A stretch of DNA of 55,785 nt, filler included, from Ionaspis alba (Eukaryota): assembly GCA_964255285.1 (NCBI GenBank). It is 4 parts of 4 records of this genome, joined end to end, with 100 filler letters (N's around TTAATTAATTAA, not from the genome) between each part and the next. Parts side by side here need not be neighbours in the genome. Positions count along the whole stretch, not along the records: positions 27,995 to 41,855 come from CAXUUL010000445.1; positions 41,956 to 55,785 come from CAXUUL010000447.1; 2 more parts are not named here. The stretch is one strand, 5' to 3'. Each line of letters starts with the position of its first letter. Within the stretch, counting starts at the first letter, position 1. A program made the translations under genes and the position numbers. The notes under the pieces were generated by a model. The model was not told where the DNA came from. It saw only the letters and a program-made list of their open reading frames with translations, and ran no database searches. Of this stretch, positions 36,471 to 50,400 are shown piece after piece.

Positions 36471-36570
36471 NNNNNNNNNNNNNNNNNNNNNNNNNNNNNN
36501 NNNNNNNNNNNNNNNNNNNNNNNNNNNNNNNNNNNNNNNNNNNNNNNNNNNNNNNNNNNNNNNNNNNNNN
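36471..36570. other. 100-N gap flanked by an exact 55-bp duplicate (36416-36470 = 36571-36625)
   Basis: Identical 55-mers on both sides. Confidence 0.9.
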
Positions 36571-37120
36571 ACGAGGTGCCGAGCGGTCCTCGGTATACCT
36601 CCTCGCCAAGCTACTAAAGCCTGGAATTGTTGCACACATAATAGCTTTCCATGTTCCAGCTTTGTTTTCGTGACCCCATCTTCGTCGTACGCCCGGAGAG
36701 GACGCCACGACCTCTTGATCTGCGTCGTCCCTTCGACCGTCGAGGACTGTCGTTTATCCCTGCTTCGTTTGATCGACACGGGCATCTCGCTGTTTTGGGC
36801 TTGCCGCCGGCCACTCTCCAATGAGTACAACCACACCAATGCGCATCAGCAATCCAAAACAAATTACCTCGAGGATGTCATAGGTTGTTTTCTAGAAGTG
36901 AGCCTGCCGCCTGACCTGGTAATGATCACTAGCTCCGGCTTTGCTTCATTCACTCTTTGTTCAGTTGCCATTAATTCGGTGACATTGATGACCAACTTTC
37001 TGCAAGACATCACATGAGACTAGGACTGGGTATGAGTGACAGCGAAGATGGGTTTCTCGATAGTACTTGTGGATACATCAGTCTTCTCTGTTTCCGAACA
37101 CAACGTCTATTCACTTCAAG

Positions 37121-38069
37121 ATGCTGCTCCTTGCGTTGAACGTGCTATGTCTTCTCGTTGTTTTCACGACTGTATTTGCGCAAACAGCATGTAACGGCAA
37201 CACAGCTCTCTGTGGGCGCAAATACTCTTCTGTATCTCAGATCGGTACCCACGACTCTGCCTTCGTCGGCTCCCTTCCCCAGGACAACCAAGACATCTCC
37301 ATAACAGATCAACTGAATGCAGGCATTCGGTTCCTCCAGGCGCAGTCTCACAAGAATCCCTTCGGCACCCTCAGTCTATGCCATACCTCTTGCTACCTAG
37401 CTGATGCTGGAAGCGTTCAGTCCTACCTCTCCACCATCAAGTCATGGCTGGACACGCATCCAAACGAGGTCCTCACGGTTCTGTTGACAAATGGAGATTC
37501 AGTTGATGTTGGCATGTTCGATGCCGCTTTCACGGATTCAGGAATCAAACCCTACGCTTTCATTCCGGCATCGACTCCTGGAATTTTAGCTCTCGATGCG
37601 TGGCCAACGTTGCAAGAGATGATCGCATCAGGCAAGCGCCTTGTTGTCTTCCTTGGTGAGCGCTTGATCCACTGACGGCTTTGGACGACATAACTTACGT
37701 TTCTTAGATTATGGTGCAGACATGAAACGATACCCCTACATTCTTGATGAGTTTGCCTACTTCTTCGAAACGCCATATGACACCACAGATCCAAATTTTG
37801 CTGAGTGTACCCTTGATCGGCCTCCGAATTCGTCGCCAGATAGGAAGATGTACATCGTGAACCACTTCCTCGACATCAGCATCTTTGGGGTCCTAATACC
37901 AGACAATCCAAGAGACCAGCAGACTAATGCTGCGACGGGAGCAGGCAGTATTGGCGCGCAGGTCGCGCTGTGCGAAGGTATATATAAGGGGGCTCCCAAG
38001 GCAGTGTTGGTGGACTACTTTGATAAGGGAGATGTTTTCACGGCGGAGAGGGCCATGAATGGGCTGTGA
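37121..38069 (+). CDS. Secreted PLC-like phosphodiesterase (PI-PLC X-box TIM barrel)
   Basis: Signal peptide MLLLALNVLCLLVVFTTVFA; ACNGNTALCGRKYS, IGTHDSAF, QLNAGIRFLQAQSH, WLDTHPNEV, VNHFLD; one intron at about 37656-37707. Confidence 0.88.
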
Positions 38070-38343
38070 GTCTCAAGGCACACGCTGTGGTTGTAGCTTT
38101 GCATTCTTCATAGCATTCAAAAACTGGAGTTCTCAGTCTCAATTTTTCGAAGGCGATATCAGCGCAGGAATTCCAAATCCCAGGAGTTTGTCATGGCTCA
38201 ATCTGACAGACTCTAGAGACTATATTGGAAATATTCGGATTGACTATAATCTCAAGATTGCTAGCCAACATCATTCTCCAAGTTGTTTAAAAACCTCAGT
38301 CCAAACAGCTACCAGCCCGGGAGCCCAATGAATTTACAGGTCA

Positions 38344-40102
38344 TCACATAACAGCGTCCAAGACTCTTCGTCGTAGCGCTTTCAACTCTGCCTCCTTTTC
38401 GTTAAGCTTTCGCTGCAGCACCAAAGCCCTTCGCTTCCAGTCCACCTTCCCACCGTCATCATCACCATCTTCCTCAGGCTCGCTGAGCTCAGCATCGATC
38501 GAGTTTAAGAAATCAGCGGAGCCCCGCCGCTCGTGTCTATGTGATTTCTGTTGGACATCACCACCAGCTTCACCATTGACTAAGACCTTTGGTGGCGGTG
38601 TGGCTAGCCGTACCGGCCCACCTAGATGTTGCGGAACCTGTAGAGACAACTTGCTCGGCTTCTTCGTCGTTGGTGTTTGACTTATCGTTGCCGAAATGGG
38701 CGTGTCGATATCCTTTGGTACATTTTGGGCTGAGCTTTCGGGGTCAGATGTTGTAAACTGTATGGGCGTACTGACACTCCTGGCGGGAGTAGTATTGCTT
38801 TGGGGATTTGCAGGAAAGGTCGAGAATAGACCATCTTGCACTGAACGATTACTTGGAGGTCTTCCTCGAGGTAACTTTCCGCCGGAAGAATTTCCAAAAC
38901 TATGCCAGGCCGCTGACACCGCAGGACCATGTTTTTTCTTGGGGTGGCCGGCGGGAGATGCTGTCAGAGGATGAGCTGATAGTGGGGCGTCAACAGTTCT
39001 ATATGTAGAAGGATTGTGACGGGGTATGACCGCTGATTGAGGATAGGGCGATGATGGCGTGGGATCGGGAACATCCATCCAGAATGTTTGCTGGCTCGAG
39101 GACGGCTGTTGAGGCGTGAGTTCGTGACCTGGCTTCGATGTAATTGCTCGGTGAGCTGCGGCCCAAGCCTCATTGGATTGAGATTGCTGACTCCAAGGGA
39201 AAGCACTTTGGGGATAAGCCGAGAACCCTTCGTGGGGTGTAGCGAGATCCTCCGGGTTGAGTGAACTATGCCGCTGAATTCGCTTTGATGGCGTGCCCGA
39301 GTCGCTTTCGCCATATTCCGCTTTTCGTCTACCCCTCTTAGGTCGCCATTCGGGAAGAAGAGCTCGTAAGGCAAGGTCCTCTTCGGGAGGTACACCGTCT
39401 CGAATATTGTCCGATAGGGGCTCGTCTGCTCCTGGGATCTCTGTCCAGTAGGATGTTCTCTTTCCTAAACAGTACTGGAAGAACGCGTCGATGTGATAGG
39501 CATGAAGCCAACGCTACAAATGAGTCAAATCAGTCTCGTTCGACCCGAACCTACAGCAGCGGAAGATTGAATGGCTAAACTCTGGACGTAGTTACCTTCA
39601 ACCTGACAGCGAATTGCTGGACTTTTTGACTGCTCTGGTTCTTCGCGGCATCTGGTGGTTCGACCCCCAGCTCCGCGACCAGTTGGGACCAAGTCTCGAT
39701 GTCCTTCGCCTCAAGCTTCTTGATCAGGCCAAATAGCACGAAGGTATCAAATTGATTACCATCAGTTTTGGGCATAGATCGGAAACCTCGTCTCAACACT
39801 GCTGTATCGGTAGACAATGGAACAGATGGGTTGCAGTAGAAAATGAACTGTACGTAGGCGTCATCAATCGACGAGTCATCAACATTAGGAGATGGCAAGG
39901 CACGTGTCAGAGTTTGTTTGGGGGTATGTCTGATGCTGGGCTCAGAGGCAGGCTCTTCAACCACATTTTGCTCTTGGACAAGTCCGGCAGATTTTGGACG
40001 ATAGTGGGTGTTAGGGTCAACCATGATCGCTGTAGGAGCACTCCTAGGTGATTGCTGATGAAATTGACCGAACATAGTCTGGCCTTCCATAACATTCTGC
40101 AT
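38344..40102 (-). CDS. abp2: ARS-binding protein 2 (Abp2) family DNA-binding protein; start codon uncertain
   Basis: IDDAYVQFIFYCNP, QSSQKVQQFAVRLK / RWLHAYHIDAFFQYCLG, RDGVPPEEDLALRALLPEWRPKRGRRK, C-terminal coiled coil VDWKRRAL. Confidence 0.82.
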
Positions 40103-40671
40103 CGTGCTCAAATTGCCTTGGGTGAATGGAGCCTCTTTCACCCAGCACGAGTCTCGACAAATCGCTGAATTGGTGCAGTGCACTCGTACTCAGTAGCGAC
40201 GGAACTTCCATCGAACGTGTTAGCATGACTTCCATCATTCACGCTCAATTCAGCGAGCATGGAGAACGGCCTTCACACACCCTGTTTCTTCTCGGCAAAC
40301 CCATCCCACGATATATCCCAAAATGCATATAATTTGGTGGAGATTACGGGGAGTAATGGAAAGATAATGCCTAAAACGGCAAATAGGTAAAGCCGAGGTT
40401 CATGCTCGAATTGGACGTCATTTCGAGACCACCCGAGGCGAGAGTCTCTCCATGCCATAATGCGAAAGAGGAGTCGACATTCCATGTGAACGTCCGTTTA
40501 TCTAAACATATCATCCTCCTGAATCGACTGCGTTCTCTATACTCTCAAGCTCCTTGAGTCTTCTACGAGTGGAAAATCAATCAATCTACCACCAAAGAAC
40601 AACCTACGTTGGCCCCAGACCTCGAAAACATTCCATCCCTTGGCCCGCGGAACCCGCTCCTCCTTACAAAC

Positions 40672-41826
40672 ATGTCTCAATCGGCCAGCACCGCGAAAAG
40701 AGATGCCACGCCTGCCACATCCGCCGCTCAGCAAGGCGACAACATCGCCCACGCTCTCGCAGGAGCCGGTGGGGGACTTCTGTCCATGACCTTGACGTAT
40801 ACCCCACCACATTCCAGTCGACAAACACAAGATACTCACGGATCCTTCATAGCTATCCTCTCATCACCCTATCTACACGCGCTCAAGTCGAGTCCAAGCG
40901 AGCCCAATCTTCCACCTACGACGCTGCTCGACGCATTGTACAGAGGGAAGGCATTGCAGGGCTGTACTCGGGCTTGGACTCAGCATTATTCGGGATAAGC
41001 GTCACAAATTTCGTCTACTACTACTGTACGGCCACGGGGCTCCCAAAGTATCCTGCTCTTGATTGACTTTCCTTAGGGTACGAATGGACCCGCGCCGGCT
41101 TCGAGCGTGCCGCCATCAAAACCGGCCGCGCATCCAAGAAACTCACCACCGTAGAGTCAATGATCGCTGGCGCCCTGGCAGGCAGCGCTACCGTACTCAT
41201 CACAAACCCCATCTGGGTCGTCAACACACGTATGACAGCTCGCCAGTCCCAGTCCCACGAGGACAGCCTGCCCGGCTACGAGCACAAGAAGACGAGGAAG
41301 CCATCCACACTGGCGACACTTCGATCGCTGTTCAAAGAGGAGGGCCCCACAGCACTCTTCGCGGGGGTATTACCAGCGTTGGTGCTGGTGATCAATCCCA
41401 TACTGCAGTATACCATTTTCGAGCAATTGAAGAACTCGGTGGAGAAAAGGAGGAAGGTTACGCCGAGGGATATATTCCTGCTAGGCGCGATTGGGAAGTT
41501 AATGGCGACTAGTATTACATATCCGTATATTACGGTCAAGAGTCGGATGCATGTTGCGGCTAAGGAGGGCCCGCAGGATAATATGATTGAGAGTGTGAGG
41601 AGGATTGTGAGGGAGGAGGGCTGGAGTGGGCTGTATAAGGGTACGTGGATGCTTTATGCTGGTCTTGAAATTTTGGGTGAGTCCGCTAATTGGTTGTGTA
41701 GGTATTGGACCGAAAGTTACTCAGAGCGTTATCACGGCGGCCTTCCTGTTTGCTTTCAAGGACGTCTTGTATGACCTTAGTGTGCAAATGAGGAGGAAGG
41801 TTCCAGCTAAGCTACCTCTGAAGTAG
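40672..41826 (+). CDS. Peroxisomal membrane carrier of the mitochondrial carrier family (PMP47/SLC25A17-like)
   Basis: DNIAHALAGAGGGLLSMTLT-YPLITLSTRAQVE, TNPIWVVNTRMT, LVINPILQYTIFEQLK, TYPYITVKSRM; three carrier repeats, 3 introns. Confidence 0.88.
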
Positions 41827-41855
41827 AGGCAATGGATATTGGTGATTGTGCTTGC

Positions 41856-41955
41856 NNNNNNNNNNNNNNNNNNNNNNNNNNNNNNNNNNNNNNNNNNNNT
41901 TAATTAATTAANNNNNNNNNNNNNNNNNNNNNNNNNNNNNNNNNNNNNNNNNNNN
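41856..41955. other. Assembly gap with TTAATTAATTAA linker
   Basis: N44 + 12-mer + N44. Confidence 0.95.
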
Positions 41956-43035
41956 ATGAGGGGCCCTTCACGGAAGCCTGGGACTATTTGGCTGCTGTTG
42001 CAGAGGCCAAATTATCTAAGATTTGACAATTATCGTTAGTATTACGTTTAGGTGAACGAGAGTAACCAAGTGTCCGTACTTGGGACAGGTGTGCTTGGTG
42101 TCTCGTGCGTAGACTGCGCCATAAAAGGAACACATCCTTTAATTGTTCAAAGACTTTCCGAGCCCTGTTGCTGGCGCTTAAGCCCAAGCATTGTTGGAGA
42201 GGTTTTCGATCTGATTGCCCATATTTTCTGGTAATCGAAGAGGCAGGGAAGGATACCAGGGTCTCTTCATAAGCTAATAATAGATACTGTAGGAATGTGG
42301 TGTTGATGTTGACAAAGGACAATTGACAAACGGCACTCTAACACCCCAACAGCACGGGTGCATGCCGCCTTCCAGAGCTCAGCGATGCTGCAAATGACTA
42401 CGATAGAAGAACATTCTGTCGAATCTCTTCTTCAAGCGGCTTGCCCTCGTTGTCCCGCACTGGACCGAACGTGGACAGCGAATTCTCGCGCTTCACGGTC
42501 TGAACAAATGTTGGAAGGAGGCAATTCTGCTCCATCCACGGTCCGATCGTCCTGGACCTGCCCTCTGCATCATCGAATGAGAAGCATCAACATCGCTTCC
42601 AACTGGATAGTAGACCGTCGACAGTACTAGTATCTTTCTCCCCATGTCCTCAGCCAAAACTTGAAACGCAAGAAGGAACAATCTTGGCCACTGATGAATG
42701 TCTTTAAGAGGGCCGACAGAGCATCTGGTGTCCTATAAAACATGTAGTCCGTAGATTGTGCAATGTCACGAATAGCCTGGACAACAGGTCGTATGCCCAA
42801 TCATGGTTGGGTTGAAGGGGCGATAGATAAGATGCAGAATGGGCTGGGAACTACCTTGACTAAGCATTAATGTGGACAGAATACTGCCGTTCGACTTGCA
42901 AGTTCCGCGCGCTCAAGCTGCACAGCGAACATTCATTGCCGAACAGCATCTCAAGTCGCTCTTTTCCACTGTCCAGTTTCCGAAAGTTTCTCTTCTGTAC
43001 TCTCAACCATTCAAAAGAGACTTCCATATTTCATT

Positions 43036-44580
43036 ATGGGTGACGTTCTCATCGAAAACCCGGTCAATACTGTTGCGCCACACAAAAGACAACCCACGTC
43101 CAATATCCCCAATATCGACTCTCTGGAAGGGATAGGCAACGATGGCAGTGATGAATACTCCACTCTTAAGAAGCTTCAGAGGCATCTTGAGTCTGTGAAT
43201 CCGATTCCTTGTTGGGTTGTAGCTCCGTCAAGCTAACGCTGTACAGGTACATCAACTTGCAGGAAGAGTATATTAAAGATGAACAGAGGTATGTCCTGAC
43301 GCATAGCACGCCCTACTTTGGAAGGATCCCAGAAGCTAAGTCTGTCTTCAGGAGTCTGAAGAGAGAGTTGGTCCGAGCACAAGAGGAGATAAAGCGGATT
43401 CAAAGCGTCCCACTCGTGATCGGCCAATTTATGGAAGCCATCGATCAGAAGTAAATCTTTCCATACACTTGAGAAACCACAATCTATTTACACATCCACA
43501 GCACCGGTATTGTACAATCTTCGACCGGCTCAAATTATGTCGTCCGCATACTTTCGACCCTCGATCGGGAGAAACTCAAGCCTTCCTCCTCCGTCGCTCT
43601 CCACCGTCACTCCAACTCCCTTGTTGACATTCTGCCTCCGGAAGCAGACTCCTCGATCGCCATGCTAGGAGCACATGAAAAGCCTGACGTTACATATGCT
43701 GACGTTGGAGGACTGGACATGCAAAAGCAGGAGATTCGAGAGGCTGTGGAGCTTCCTCTTACACACTTTGATCTTTACAAGCAGATCGGTATGGCTCTAG
43801 ATCGGTCCGGTTTTATATAGGTACCTCACTTACATGGTTTGTAGGTATTGATCCTCCTCGTGGTGTCTTGCTCTACGGCCCTCCCGGTACTGGGAAAACC
43901 ATGCTGGTCAAAGCAGTAGCCAACAGTACCACTGCCAACTTCATCCGCGTCGTCGGCTCCGAGTTCGTGCAGAAATATCTCGGAGAAGGCCCTCGGATGG
44001 TTCGAGACGTATTCAGGATGGCCCGAGAAAATTCACCCGCCATCATATTTATCGACGAGATAGATGCTATAGCTACCAAGCGATTCGATGCGCAGACTGG
44101 TGCTGACAGAGAAGTTCAGCGTATCCTCCTGGAACTGTTGAACCAAATGGATGGATTCGATCAGACAAGCAACGTCAAGGTGATCATGGCGACGAACCGT
44201 GCTGATACTCTGGATCCTGCATTACTCCGGCCCGGGCGTCTTGATAGAAAGATAGAGTTTCCCTCCCTTAGGGACCGGAGGGAAAGGAGACTGATCTTTA
44301 CCACTATCTCTTCCAAGATGTCCTTGTCACCGGAAGTTGATCTGGACTCTCTAATCATCCGGAACGATCCTTTGTCAGGAGCCATCATCGCGGCAATCAT
44401 GCAAGAGGCGGGTCTAAGGGCGGTGCGGAAAAATAGGTACAACATTATTCAATCGGATCTGGAGGATGCCTACTCTAGCCAGGTGAAAGGCGCTCAAGAG
44501 GCAGAGAAGTGAGTTGGAAGAATGGGACATGTGTATTGTTATTGTGCTAACGTGAATGCAGATTTGACTTCTACAAGTGA
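43036..44580 (+). CDS. RPT3: 26S proteasome regulatory AAA-ATPase subunit 6B
   Basis: [27 protein letters not shown], Walker A GPPGTGKT, Walker [10 protein letters not shown]-terminal FDFYK*; 5 introns. Confidence 0.97.
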
Positions 44581-45239
44581 TTCGGTCATGGTCTTTGGAG
44601 CGTGTGGTGCATTGTTTTGCGAAGTTTGGTATTGAGCGGCGGATCGGACTTACTATGGTGCAGTAACTGTATATAAACTTAGAACAAGGACCATCGGATA
44701 GCATGGCGTTAAAAATGCTCTTCTACAGAGCAATGGCAGTACTGCTATGGTATTTGCGGAGGACATTCACCTCTGTACCTGATACAATGGGCGCCGTTTT
44801 CAACGGAGCCCAGCGACTTTGTCCTACACGTTTAGCACCTTCGATATTGACAAGCCAAGATATCTATCAAATATAGTAATAATTTCGACGTTTTTCCAGT
44901 TCTCCAGCATCTGACTTCTAAGCTGCTCAGTCGCTGACATCCATCTGACGAAGTCCCGAAATGCGTCGAACCTTTCTGTAAGCCTCCCTGACATGCGCCC
45001 CTGTCGGCCGGAAAATGCCCGAAGGTGAAACCGAGTGCGTCATGCTTGCAGCCAAACTAGGCATAGCGTTGCGGTTGTCATCAGATGGATGCCTTCCGCA
45101 GCAACCCAGCCACGCCATCACTCACCTGCTATCATCGATCAGCTATCATTCACCCAGCTTGCTTTGATCTATCACCGTACGATTTGATAGCAAAGCTTGA
45201 CATCTATTTATTCTACATCTCACAAGCAACCGAGTGATC

Positions 45240-46676
<1,437 letters not shown>

Positions 46677-47463
46677 AGAATCCAAACATGGCCGCATCGT
46701 AACCACGCATCTCTGGTTGGAAATTGTATGGTGATAGGAACAAGGCTGGGCTTTCACTGTTGAGGGGCGGGAGTTCTTACAAATTGGCTGTTTTGCGCAA
46801 AGGGCATCCCAACCTTGTTGTATAACCGGCTGTATTACAATCTTCTTGTCCCGTATTTTCTGTACTAGATTCAAATTAATGATGGTTTTACCGACGCGTC
46901 ACATAGGGCAAGACTATGTAGAATCATAGCACATGAAAGATGAAGAAGCCTTGTGGTACGTCAAGATAGTGCGGTTCAACTTCTAGGCTATAGTCTCAAA
47001 GGATACGTAGGGAGCAAAACAACACAGTCACCCCTCAAATCCTTCATAAAACCATGCGTGGCCGGTTGTTATATGTCACACGAGCAGCGGCATCAGTTGC
47101 AGATCTGGCTCGTTGAGCGCGTCCCGGTTGCCGTAGCGTGCCACCATCCCTGCCCTTTCCTTGCAGCTTCCAGCCTGAATGGCGCCTGGGCTAATGGGAG
47201 GCTTAAGGTTATTATTTCCCCAAAATTCACTGTGACGTTGGGCCTGCTTCTTTATATTGTCAACTTTCCGCGGTCAAAAGATCTTTTGTCTACACCATGA
47301 TAGCTGTTGACTCAACAAAGGAACAATGTAAATGTTCTGCGAGGTGATCCGAAGCTTATCGCTCGTCAGCTGAGTCGGCCCACCCTCTACTTCGACCCAG
47401 TGACCGTTGAGCTTTACACAAGAACAAAAAAACCACGGGTCGAAACTGAAAAACTCTACAAAA

Positions 47464-50400
47464 ATGGGTCCTACAGAAGAGGAGCAGAAGAAAAGGGTCG
47501 GGAGGAAGCTTACTAAACGTCGCAGACCACAACGAGCCTCATCTGTGCAGTATCCCGAAAGACTACAGGTTGGAGACGATGCCCAGGAAGACGTGACCGC
47601 TCCAAGACCGAAATTGCCGAACATGAATCAGTCCGTCTTCTCTATGATTGCCGCTGCCGGCTCCAGAGCAGATTTCCACGCACGGTTCGACGAGGATAGC
47701 AGCGGAAGTGATGAAGAGCAAGAAGCGCCTGGCACACAGGATATACAGGCTCCTGGTGATGAGTCGATAGGGCAGAGGCTTGAGCAGGGACAGTTCGATG
47801 CCTCGCTCGACCGGAATGAATCACAACAGGACCCTAGACGAAGACCAGATACCAGAGGTCTACGATCTCTGCCGAAGCTGAATGTACGCACCAACCGGGA
47901 GAAGAACTACATGTCACAAAGCTGTATCCTACCTCCAGCAGGAATGGTTTCGCCAATAGGAAGTCTCAACGTCGCAACGCCGCGAGACGCCCCAGTCATG
48001 AGCCGTATGCTAGAAGCACAGGCACAACTGAGGTCTTCAACTCCGACAGTGGGATTGGGGCTCTCTGTAGATCAGGCAGATGCTACGGAGGAACCGACAA
48101 AGGAGAAGCCTGTGAGCCTGGTACTAAGGCTGAAAGAAATTTTCGGTTTCGAAAGGCCCGAAGAAGTGATATCTGGTCCGTTGATTGTATTTGAGCTTAA
48201 TTTCTCTTTTTGCTGATATTCTATCAGAGTATCCATGCTGGCTATTACAAAGTGTGCTATTGCAAGGGTATATGTACATTACAGAAAATCATATCTGCTT
48301 CTATGCCTACCTTCCCAAGAAATCTGTAAGGGTTCCTCCCAGTACCACCAATTGCACAACAGCTTATAGGTGTCAGAATGTAATCGCCAAATCAGGGTAC
48401 CTTTCCAAAAAGGGCAAGCAAACCCGCAAATATAGCCGTTACTGGTTCACGCTGAAAGGTGATGTCTTATCTTACTACACCGACCCGTCAGCACTATATT
48501 TCCCAAGCGGAAACATCGACCTTCGCTACGGCATATCGGCTGCTCTGTCCTCCTCTAAGGAGAAGGGTAAGGACGTTACAAGCTTCACAGTTACAACCCA
48601 TCAGCGAACCTACTACTTCAAGGCGGACAGTCCTGCAAGTGCTAAGGAATGGGTGAAGACATTACAGAAGGTGATTTTTCGATCCCACAACGATGGCGAC
48701 AGTGTCAAGATATCTCTTCCCATTCAGAACGTCATCGATATTGAAGAGAGTCCGGTTGTCGACTTCGCAGAAACAGTCAAGATTAGAATTGTGGACAGCG
48801 ATGAGACTTATGCTATTGACGAGGTATGTACAGTATCCAGAAAATTCCATCCACTCGCTAACTGGTTCTACAGTATTTCTTCTCGTTCTTCAGCTTTGGC
48901 AAAGATGCCATCAACGTCCTCAGTGCGATGGTTGACGACACAACAGCGCAGAAGCTCCCCATTGATTTTCTCTCTCCTACCTCTGGCAATGATGATGGCT
49001 CGAGATCACGCGACCGTTCTCGATGCTCTTCAAGATCACCGAACCTTCGTACTCGCAGTCCTTTCGATACTTCTACGCCAGTACTTCGTGATAACGTTCG
49101 AGCTACTTTATCTCCATCCTCCGTCCCTGTGAGCAGCAGAGCTAGTCCACGCGCGAGTGGAGAATGGGGAAGATCGAGCATGGACCTGGGTCGTCGGAGT
49201 ATGGACCTAAATAGGGAGGTGAACCGGGTGAGCTTCGAACCGCGAGGTCGAAGAAGTGCGAGCACTAGCAGGATGAGCTTTGGCAAGAATCGTCCTGTGA
49301 CTCAGTCACCCTCGTCGAAGCCACAGGGATCTTCGGACTCCTTTGTTCATTCACTCGAGCCTAGCACGGAGTCCTCCATTCCTAATTATTCCAGCGAAAG
49401 TACTCAAGCTTCGGCGAGTCAGATCTTGAGTCGCAGCGATGTGTTTCAGTCTCCAACCATTCATCGCCACACAAGATCACCGTCCCGCATTGATGAAGAA
49501 GTCCAAGACCCATCGCAGCAAAGACAAGAAACTCGTCCACGTGATGAGAACTTCCATGTTCATCCACCTTCAAGATCGCAAACACAAACCAATCGTTCCA
49601 AACCCAGGCCGACTCCCAAGATAAAACGTGCTTCCACGACGGATGATCTGGAGTCTAGTCAGACTGACTCTGGACATCTGCCATACACGAACTCCGCTCA
49701 TACCCTACAGCAGCTTGTCAAAGCTGGAGCATATCCTCTTCAACGAGCCGCAGGGTTCGCAGAATACCTCCGCAAAGGATCCAAGCGGATGAGCAATCTT
49801 TTGGCGACGGAATCCATGGGTTACGTGGAGAAGGTCTCTGGAATGTGGGCTGGCGGACGCAGGCACTACGGAGATGGAGAAGGAATAACGTCCGAAGAAA
49901 TGGAAGAAGACGTCGAAGACGATGACGGCAATGATGGATATGGCGACAGATTCCGAGCCTATTTCGCATTGCCAGCATCCGAAAAACTACAAGCAACATA
50001 TTTCGGGTATCTCCATCGGGTACTGCCTCTCTATGGCAAGATCTACATCAGTAACAACAAATTCTGCTTTCGCAGTTTGTTGCCGGGTACAAGGACGAAA
50101 ATGATCCTTCCACTGAAAGACATCGAGAATATCGACAAGGAGAAAGGGTTCCGTTTCGGGTACTCTGGTTTGGTTATCGTTATTCGAGCCTACGAAGAAT
50201 TGTTCTTCGAATTTAGTCAGGCAGAAGTACGTGACGATTGTGCGGTGACACTCCTTCAGAAAATGGATGCGATCAGATATCTCCAGGAGTCCGGGACATT
50301 GACCCAGGAAGACAAGGAAGAGGCCGAAATGGCTAAAGCTGAGCATTTGATGCTGCAAGAAGCACGGACGGAAGGCGGTAACGACCACGAAGTCAAATTA

